From Balanoglossus misakiensis (taxonomy: Eukaryota > Animalia > Hemichordata): a DNA stretch of 64,000 nt. This document shows, piece after piece, positions 55,036 through 64,000 of the stretch (position 1 is the stretch's first letter; each line of letters opens with the position of its first letter). The notes beneath the pieces are model-generated. The model worked only from the letters and a program-made list of their open reading frames with translations. It searched no databases and was not told the origin of the DNA. Both the position numbers and the translations under genes were made by a program. Location of the stretch: positions 4,333,025-4,397,024 of the forward strand of contig CM082596.2 of assembly GCA_040954595.2 (NCBI GenBank). Direction: 5' to 3'.

Positions 55036-55871
55036 TAAAAAGCCTCTTAAAACGTCATGAATCTGGCAAAAGACTAAAGATGCATAATGCATATTACTTT
55101 ATAAGGTACATATTATTTGCTCTGTGTCGCAGGGGCTCGATGTCACTCGGATACATCACTGGAGTTAGACAGGGTGGGCAGTGAGATATTACTAATGGTA
55201 CAAAGGTCACTGAGTGGAGTAAAGTAATAACAATCGCAGGTAAATGAGCAAACCTGTAATAAAAAGAGAGGATAGCTATTTTTAGGGTCCATTTGGTATA
55301 TGTTTACCGTTGTGAGGATGTGGGATCAGTCGACGCGTGTCTATCATATGTCTGTATCATGTATGCATAGTAGACCCCTGTATGAATATGCATGTTTGCA
55401 TGCATCGCGACTATAGATGGGATTTTGCGTAAGTGCGGAAGCTATCACTGCCTTATATGACATGTACAGGAAAATCCAAATGAAAATTATTTAGATCGCA
55501 AACAAATCGCGGTCCTTGGTTACACAAAATGGGCTTTTATATCATGCGCTGTGAAATTCGATTTGTATGAAAAAATTTAAGCTGGTCTTTTGGCATTTAT
55601 TTATAGATACAGTTTTAAAAGTAGTGTGCACTGATGAGGGCGCTAATCACTTCTTTCACACCACTACTACTTAATACATACATACATACACACACACACA
55701 CTTTACTGCCACTGTAAATGCTCAATCAAGAAATAAATAGTCTTTTATTGGACAAGATGTTCAGAAAGAACATGAAATATAAAATGTCACATAAAATGTT
55801 ACTAAACTTCACTTAAAAAAACATGAGAAAAAGTTTGATTTTCGAGGCACGGTGTACTTTAAATCACTCCG

Positions 55872-58270
55872 TCAACAGTCCATCAGTTTCTCACATTCAT
55901 TTCCCACAATTCCCTTGAAGACTTCAAAGTGATGATTAAGTCCAGTCTGAGTGTGAAGTTTGAAACGACTTCCCAAAGCTCCATCACTGTCACAGTGCCC
56001 GTAGAAAACACGATGAATTCTGGAATGAACTAGCGCCATGGAACACCTATAACGAGAAAAATGTTATCACAGTTACAAAGTATGAAATTGCCAATAAAAA
56101 GGAAACAAATCAAATTCACCATTAAACGCTGCTCACTACATGGTGTATTATTGCTAGCAACAACAGAGTTATTGACAGTAGAAAGCAATACGTACATAAT
56201 ACAGGGTTCCCGGGTCACATAGAGATCATATCCTGTGCATAGATAGGCACCACTTTTCTCATTTGATGTTTTCTGTGGATTTGTCCTATTGCTTCCACTG
56301 CCTCGGTCAGTTGCCATTTCCTCTCTTCTGTCTCCTTTCATTTCGACTTCTATCCTTTCTGAAGTCAAAGAAATATCTCTTTTTCCAGTGTCTTCATTCG
56401 CCAAATGTTCACAGCCAGTATAGTTCCTGCAGTCAAACTTTGCACCTGTATAAAAAATTATCAGAAAGATGAATTCTGTTGCGTGATAGAAGATATCACT
56501 AACTTCACCGGTACAGATATATCAGATATATATTGTGTTCTTTGCCGGCCAATATCCTATTCTTCACTCAAACTAACAGTTACAAAGTAAAAGTGATTAC
56601 CTTTGTAGGTGTAAACACCAGCACCCTGTGAAGTCGCAACCAAATCAATGCACACCATAACAGCATGAAATAAAGGATGTTGATCCGACTTTCTTAAATC
56701 ATAACACGCAGCAATGATTTCATCATTGGCTGGATCAACCATCACTGCTCCTATTGGCTCCTAAAGTCAAAACAACACAAAGTAATTTTTCACCATTATT
56801 TCACTTCTAGAAATTCTTCTATTGAGGAGAAACTGTCACCATCACTTCCTGCTTGGATATCTATCATGTCACATGTTGTCACCATAACTGCCATGCCAGT
56901 CAATAATTGTACCAAAAAATAATCACATACCATTCCCAACTTCTGTCCCTCCTTGGCAGTTTCTATGGCAACTCTCATGAACTTCTCCATTTTACGTCTT
57001 TCCAAACTTGTAAATAGTTGACCTTCAATAGCTTGGGTTAACCTGTAACATCCACATAATCAAATATCCTGACACTCAAAGCTCCATTAGCTGCAACTTA
57101 ATTTTTACGTTTTCAGTATTTTGTTTTGTCTTGTGGGGTTTCTACTGTGCTTAAATTCTGCTAGTGGTTTTGACTTTAGTTATTGGCACATAATCTTTGA
57201 TAGACAAGAACTGACATGTGAACTGGGATTCCATTCCTTGTCATTCAAAATCAAAACTATCTATAATTAGTACGTACTGTTTATTTTCATGAAATGAAGT
57301 TGACCAATGTCTGGATGATTCTTCAAACTGTTGTCTTGTCAGGGGTGTAAATTTCGCTGCTTTGGCTAAGAATGGCTGCCCGAGTACAGATGTATCAAAA
57401 GCCTTTGTTTGAAGAATTGCATCCAAAGTGATGTCTTCTGGTGTACAATCAACATCTTTTACCAGACACAGTATCACCTGTAGCTGTTTTTCTGCAACAA
57501 AGATTGGGGGAATAGAGAGTGCCCTCTAGTGGTGAATATGTGTGACTAATTTGTGTGCACATAGTTCCATGTCAAGGCTCAGGCAAGCTGTTGAAAAGCG
57601 TTTTACACATACCAGATTTAGAAGTATTTCTGCAAACTTGAACTCTCTTCAGATGTTGTAAATTGGTCAATGGAAACTGCTCAGACAGGTACCTGCATGG
57701 CAAAATGAACAAAATTATGCATGGAACAACAGTTTTGTTCCAATAACTATTAGCATAATTCTAGGTTTAAGCATCAAGATGGCAGTAACAGTAATGGTCT
57801 GTTTGAGAATGAAAAAAATCCTACCTTAAAATTGTTGAAGTGGCCTTCGGGTTCAGTATTGGTGCTGCATAGACATCCACTGTTGATCATAGAATATGCA
57901 GTACAATTATTAACTTTTCATGACACGTATGGAACATGTAAAAATAACCAATGAATGAAATATGATTTCCTACTCACCAAGTTCTACTGGTTGAGTCTTG
58001 TCATCTGAAAGCACTGCCACTGGCGTCCATGAAAACTGATCTGTCATTAATAAACAATACATGATTATGATGTGTGTGAATATGAACACTTGTCCAAAAT
58101 AAATATCTACATGTGACATCCAGGATGGAAGAAAGTACTGTGTGAATCTTTGCAACATTACTCCTCATTAGGTTCAATCAAGACATGATTCAGTATGTGT
58201 GTACCTTTAATGACAGCCAGACTAGTTTACCTGTTTGATCACCTCTGAGTTTTTTGTTCTGTCCATCCAT
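55872..58270 (-). CDS. ADAT3: tRNA adenosine-34 deaminase non-catalytic subunit ADAT3/Tad3; 9 exons (58231-58270, ~57978-58040, ~57825-57880, ~57613-57692, ~57278-57491, ~56931-57042, ~56601-56760, ~56196-56446, 55872-~56046)
   Basis: LQHLKRV, PLTRQQFEESSRHWSTSFH, HPLFHAVMVCID (HAV in place of catalytic HAE), [43 protein letters not shown] and LNHHFEVF. Confidence 0.93.
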
Positions 58271-58611
58271 GCCGCTTCGATAGAAACACTATCAGTTACG
58301 AGAATTGCCGGTTATTCATCATGAAAGTGTCACCAATACCAGACAAGCCACACTGAGCATCGTCTGCTATAATGCTCGCAGAAGGCATGCTTTGTGATTT
58401 CAAGACTCTTATTACGCAATTACCATACCACAATATATAATTAGTTGTAATTAAAATGTACGTCAATTTTCAGATTTTAAGATAATTTTTATTTATTTTA
58501 TCATTTATCACATCTTGAAACTTGTGGCCTGCTAGAGTCATTTTTATAGAAGGAATGTTATGTTGAGCGACAGTTTGAAAATAAAATGATAACTCCGAAT
58601 ATGGCTTCCGA

Positions 58612-58700
58612 TGACCTGACCTGACCTGACCTCACGTGTACTGCTACAGGTCATGTGCTGTTGTTTATCATAGCCAAGATTGCAAGATCGAGGGGCGGGG
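58612..58700. promoter_or_regulatory. Motif cluster in the ADAT3/mARC bidirectional promoter
   Basis: (TGACC)x4 at 58612-58631, TCACGTG at 58632-58638, AGGTCATGTG at 58648-58657 and GGGGCGGGG at ~58692-58700, between divergent ATGs only 480 bp apart. Confidence 0.5.
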
Positions 58701-58749
58701 ACGAACGATTTGGTGATTGTTCGGTCTGTGCAGTATATGCTCGATCGCC

Positions 58750-60826
58750 ATGTCTGAATTCGGGTATAAAAAACCGCTCATAGCAGGTTTAACGGTGTGT
58801 GCTGTAGGGAGTGCGGTCTATATGCTATGGCGTAGATCGCAACAATCGAAGAAGAAAAATATGGTCGCGGTTGGTAAAGTTTCGGCTGTGTACATGTTCC
58901 CAATCAAGTCTTGTGGCAGAATAGAACTGCCCGGTGGAAAGTGTACGAAGATTGGCTTGAGAAGTGGACCCCTTAAAGATAGGTATTGCGAGAGATCTCC
59001 TCCCAAATCATTTTAACTCGTATTTTGCCACACTGTATGGCAATCTGAGCTTATTTCACAAGTTACTTGTAGCAATCTACATCTAGCTCCATTACGTCTG
59101 CTGTGTACGTTTCTCAAAGTGGACCTTGGACTCTACCATTCCTCTGGTGGCGATGGTTTAGCATTAGTCTATATCCAAGAGATCCACGCCAGATTATTAA
59201 ATAAACACAGGCTGAATGTGTGTATGTGTGTGTAAATGTGATGGTGTACTATCAACAAATTATTATTATCTGTACTTTTCAGACATTGGTTGATTGTCAA
59301 TGGTGAGAATACATTCACAACAGCACGACAAGAACCAAGAATGTGCCTGATTCAACCAAGTCTGTCAGAGGATGAAAAGTATTTGCAACTGGATGCAGTC
59401 AACATGCCAACATTGAAAGTACCTATCAACACCCGCGAAATACCAAAGAGTGAACAAGAAATTATCCAAACAAGGTATGGTGACATTTGGATGATATCCT
59501 TGCCGCCTTGATTCCTTGCGTGTATGCATTGCAGTAATTGTCCGCTTGTCTTCAATATGTAGAGTATGGAGACATGAAGTCAGAGCGAAATACTGTGGTG
59601 AAGTAGCTGAAGTCTGGCTGAGTACATTCTTTGACAAACCAAACTTCAAACTTCTTATGTTGGATGATTTACCGCCAAGAAAATCCAACAAGGATCCACT
59701 CTACACAAAGTTTGCACAAGACGATGATATTGTAAGTTACCATAGGCTTTTAACAATCCTGACAGCTTTTCCCCAAGCCCAGCTTTCTTTCTTTCGTTTG
59801 TCTGTCTGTTTGTGTGTCTTAATTTGCTGGTATTAGGAAGTATAACTGGCAGTATTTTTTGTGTTGATTCACAACAGTTGTTGATTCACAACAGTTGAAC
59901 AGTGATAGTATCTATCATTTAATACACACATGTACATGATACAATGTTTAATACCCACAGATAGCCTTTCAAGACAGCAGTTCCTACATGATACTAGGAG
60001 AAGCTTCTTTGACAGATCTTAACGAAAGACTTGAGGATCCAGTGTCAATGAAAAATTTCAGGCCAAACTTTGTGGTGACGGGAACCCAGGCGTTTGAAGA
60101 GGTATGTTTATTTTGCTATTTGCCGAGGGATATGTAGAACAAGAAACTGCAGTACTGGTAGATACATAAAACAAAATTACTGAAAATATAGTTACAACAA
60201 ATGGAGATAGTGTCAGGTTCACCTGACAATTAGTTGACATTGTACCTCTACATGGATAACAATGCCTGCTATTGTTTCTTTGGCATTGTCTTTTTTAGGA
60301 CAACTGGAAACATTTGCAAATTGGTGGCGCATGCTTCAGATGGTTCAAGCACTGTCATAGGTATCTGCATTTCTTTTCATAAAGTAAAATACTTGGTAAT
60401 TAGGTGAATATATAGTCATTCACATGTTGAATCCTTTGGACAGAAGTAAGTGATGTACAGTACATGTGTCAATCAATACAGTACAATGTATATCAAATGA
60501 AAATGTTTTTATTTTTCAGATGTAAATTTACAACGGTCGATCCAGAGACTGGTGTGATGCATGAATCCGAACCACTGGCAACACTTCGAAGGTAAAACCG
60601 ACAAAGTTCTCCACCAAACGGTCTTATGTTGATGCTGATCACCAATTGACCGTACAGGTTCACAACTCACCACTGATTGACTTTGTTTTGCAGTTATCGG
60701 CTGTGCAAGGACGAACACCCAGACAAATCGCTCTATGGACAAAGTCCACTGTTTGGAATCAACATGATGTTAGTGAAAGAAGGCACTGTCCGGGTTGGAG
60801 ATACTGTGTACGCAAGTTACGACTAG
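58750..60826 (+). CDS. MTARC1: Mitochondrial amidoxime-reducing component (MOSC domain, mARC1/2-like); exons 58750-58982, 59283-59474, 59563-59730, 59961-60101, 60299-60360, 60520-60591, 60694-60826
   Basis: N-terminal hydrophobic anchor; MFPIKSC, DRHWLIV..TARQEPRMCLI, CGEVAEVWLS, GEASLTDLNERL, NFRPNFVV, AFEEDNW, CHRCKFTTVDPETG, EPLATLRSYR, SPLFGIN, GTVRVGD. Paralog 1 versus 2 cannot be decided. Confidence 0.92.
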
Positions 60827-60959
60827 ATGTGAAGCCAACAGCAAACACTTGCAAGGAACTGGTGTCAATGTCTTTGGCCATATTTCCTATTTTTACCAAA
60901 TGTAATGATGTAAAATCATTAATAAAGCCTTGAATGATATATAATGTTCAATATAGTCT

Positions 60960-62412
60960 TCACTTTTCTTGCTTGCTTGCACCAGTTTTGCGCTTTCTCT
61001 TCGACTTTTCTGGATTCCCATCAGGTGATTCTGTAAAATGTAAGAATTTGTGATTCGTGTTAGTTCTGAGATGATTGAAGTTTCCCTGGCAAATGTATTG
61101 TGTAATTGTAGTGCTGTTAGTGTTAAATTAGGGTGTTACTTGCATATGAAAACAAGTACTAACCTTTTCTCTTGCCTTTACCAAGTGAATGTTTGATAAA
61201 TCTAGAAGCTGCCACACGGTCAACTTTTAATGCTGAAAAATAAAATGTTTGGTCTGGTGAAGTTTTGGTGCTTTGATTTACTTTAGGTATCATTTTCTGA
61301 ATATTCTACACATTAAAAACATGATGTCCCTAATTAATACAATTATGCGAGAAAATTCCAACGTTGTGTAGAGCCCAAATGTGCTTTCTAGCTGTACACC
61401 TTAGAAACCCAGTACCTCATTCCTGCAGGTAACATATATGCAATCATTTACTAACCTTTCTTTTTGTCTGTGATTTCTTTGACTCTGTTCATGTAGCTAC
61501 GAATTCTGTCCTACAAATAACAAATAAACAATCATTTGAAATTGAAATGTTATAAGGAAGTACAATGGTTGAGATGACATAGCATGCTGATCACAGACGT
61601 GTAGCTTAACATGGAAGGAGGGTCTCAATCCGTTAAACGAGAAACTGTGTCACCACACTTGATTTTTGAATAAAACTGTTGAGATATTTTAACAATGGTA
61701 GGAAGGCGTATAGAACGTAGCACTTTCACTTCTAAATTACAAATAAGAAAATACTTACCAATTCTTGTTTAATTTTATGTTCCTTGGGATTCACTCCCTG
61801 GATGATTAAGTATACTGAAAAAAAAAGATTATGAATGTATAAATCTTATCGACTCATATAAAATATCATTATGGATGAACATAACTTTAGTTTATAGCAT
61901 TTAAACTTTAATACTTTTGCATCATTTCTTGACGTTATAACTGCCTCAACCCTCTTCTCAAAAAGTATGTAGCAGGCTACACAGTGGAGTAGCCTACAAT
62001 GTCTAAATTGCAACTGCACTACAAACCAACTAGCCCAAGGCATTTTACTTACTCCAGAACATTGCATTCATGGAATATGCTGAAACAAGGTCTAGCTTTG
62101 CTCTTTCCAGGGGATCTGTTATCTAGGAGAAATAGGAGACACAGTTTATCATTACATTTGAATAGTCAAATAAATTATTCCTTGTGTACAGTGGTCAGTC
62201 ATATGATATACTACACACAAGCCAAGGAATTGGCAAGCGAGACAAGTTACTGACGACTGAAGTACCTTTTCTTGGACGTCGCTCAGTGAAGTATCCAATA
62301 ACGGCTTTAGAATTTCGTCTACATCTTGTAAAGACGACTCGAAGGCCTGTAGGACATCTAGTATTTCTGGTGGATAGTCACGTTTCGCATGTCCAGCAGA
62401 CGTAGACGCCAT
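60960..62412 (-). CDS. C1D: Nuclear nucleic-acid-binding protein C1D / Rrp47 exosome cofactor; 6 exons (~62266-62412, ~62053-62122, ~61759-61814, ~61456-61510, ~61164-61232, 60960-61030)
   Basis: DYPPEI..F..SL..V...LKPL, [75 protein letters not shown], and a basic C-terminus. Confidence 0.92.
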
Positions 62413-63323
62413 TTTGGTTTGTTTGTCCGCTACATCCTCTCTCGAGTAATGCTCAAATAAGTTTACCTTTTTAAGTCTGTTTTCTTACGCTGCAAAGAAA
62501 AAAAAGTCTTCAATATAGAAACCAGGCATTCATTTGACTTTTTTGCAACAGCTTTGATAAATGGTAGATATGAATAAACTGTCCCTCCAGCTTTGATACC
62601 CAACGATCCCAGGAACTTGGGGTAACACCCCCCGTTTCTGACCGGGTCAAAGTTCACTCCAAGTGTAACCCAGTGTTTACAGTGGCTTTCAGTTTTCCCT
62701 TGGCCAAAACGCACTGTATTGCATCAATAAGGTAAGTTCGAAGGCCTTAAACGGATTGCACTCGTATCAGATATCTTGATTGTGATAAGTAGTGTACTTA
62801 AAATAATGTGCAGACATGTAATAATGTGGTATCGACCGGCGACCCGAGGCCTCAGAGCTCACAGTCGACGCTCTGTTCTGCAGACATTTCAGTGTCAGCA
62901 CTGGGGATTGCGTGGTACGATTGACGTGATACTTATTCCTTGACGTTTATTCTCTCTATATATTGTGATATCGTTTTAGTCTAGGGAAGCCTTTGTTCAA
63001 TACTCCATCATCCGACGCACCAGCACTCTGATTTACAATTCAGTCAGGCAATCATAAAATATGACTCATGCATCCTCCCTCGACTCATCACGTAACAGGA
63101 GTGGGTCAAGTGATACTTCTGACCCGAAATTGGTGAGATCGTGACTGCGGCTGGGATGATCCCAGGTCCTGGGTGTGTGATATTTTATTTAGCAAATTAG
63201 CTGAGCCAAATTAGCATTAATACTCTTTGTGCATACATCATGTATAATTAAAAGTGTTATTCTCTCTCAATTACACTTTCAGAAATTACAGTCTGTTACA
63301 AAGTGAGCAAATAGAATATCAAG

Positions 63324-64000
63324 ATGGCAGCCCAGGAGATAAACTTTGACCTGCTACGTACCGAAGAAAGTGATGATGTGGGCCTTGATGATTTCTATGT
63401 TCGTGTGCGGTCTGACACAGGAGAGGATATACAGTCAGAGGTCAAACAGACTGAGTACGCTATGCAGTCTAAACGTGGGCCGACTGAAGAGGTACCCAGT
63501 TGTATTGGCAATCAGTCTTCAGTCGAGGAGTGCGGCACAAGGATGGATACCAGTGCAGGGAATGCTGGCCAAGGAGAGCTGTTTGTGGTGACTTCCTCAT
63601 ACTCTGACCAAGACGCAGGGGTACCTGAAGATTTGAGAACTAAAGTTGCCAAAGACCGCCTGGAAGGGCATGAGGCTGATGGTGATGATGACAAATCGAC
63701 GCAAGAAGAAAATCCGACCAGATGTGACAACAGAAACGAGACTGAAAACCTCCCTTGCAGCTCCAGTACCAAGGGCAACGAAAATCCTAACGTATTTCCG
63801 ATCGCCCTGAAACAAGTCCGTGTCAATATTCACCTTACGAAAGAAATCCAACAGCTTCACAAAACGTACCAACATCAGAGGAAAGAGAGCGAGAAGAAGA
63901 AAGAGGCACACTTGCAGCTACTGCAACTAGCAAAGCGACAGAGTCCCAGGAGACTTTCCGTAAAAGTGCCATGTCCCAAGTGTGGACTTCGTGTTGGAAG
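63324..64000 (+). CDS. Uncharacterised protein, probably a C2H2 zinc-finger protein, running off the window end
   Basis: ATG in strong context (AAGATGG) after an acceptor at ~63282. The frame is open for about 225 codons (MAAQEINFDLLRTEESDDVG..., acidic and low-complexity) and ends in VPCPKCGLRVG, which resembles the start of a zinc finger. It is missing from the ORF track because it has no stop in the window. A candidate non-coding first-exon donor AG|GTAAGT is at 62732. Confidence 0.6.
   Translation, partial: MAAQEINFDLLRTEESDDVGLDDFYVRVRSDTGEDIQSEVKQTEYAMQSKRGPTEEVPSCIGNQSSVEECGTRMDTSAGNAGQGELFVVTSSYSDQDAGVPEDLRTKVAKDRLEGHEADGDDDKSTQEENPTRCDNRNETENLPCSSSTKGNENPNVFPIALKQVRVNIHLTKEIQQLHKTYQHQRKESEKKKEAHLQLLQLAKRQSPRRLSVKVPCPKCGLRVG

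Noticed and set aside
59863-59897. 17-bp direct tandem duplication (GTTGATTCACAACAGTT) in a mARC intron
   Set aside because: An ordinary slippage duplication with no sign of function.
60361-60368. GTATCTGC donor as a possible U12-type intron in mARC
   Set aside because: It does not match the GTATCCTT U12 consensus, and no TCCTTAAC branch site is evident.

Overview
AT-rich, intron-containing eukaryotic DNA, probably from a marine invertebrate (a deuterostome is my inference). I rebuilt the genes by hand from splice sites and reading frames. In order: an IkappaB/cactus gene (+, 5' end outside the window); a convergent ~21 kb minus-strand gene predicted to encode a ~2,750-2,800 aa type I membrane protein; SCCPDH (-); a long gene-free stretch likely holding the Nova 3'UTR; Nova (-, 3 KH domains); ADAT3 (-) head-to-head with mARC/MOSC (+); C1D (-) tail-to-tail with mARC; and the start of a probable C2H2 zinc-finger gene (+). 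The membrane protein has a signal peptide, about 51 WAP four-disulfide-core domains at one per exon, three short CNxCxC modules, a SEA-like domain with GSIVV, a TM helix and a short NxxY tail. It is the most unusual element: 42 of its WAP exons form a young, hierarchical tandem array of four exon types plus chimeric exons, all symmetric phase-1 cassettes. Also present are intronic kappaB-site clusters in IkappaB, a GC-AG intron, a 13-nt microexon, a perfect 29-bp hairpin and two MITE families. All gene models are manual and unverified by transcripts or database searches.
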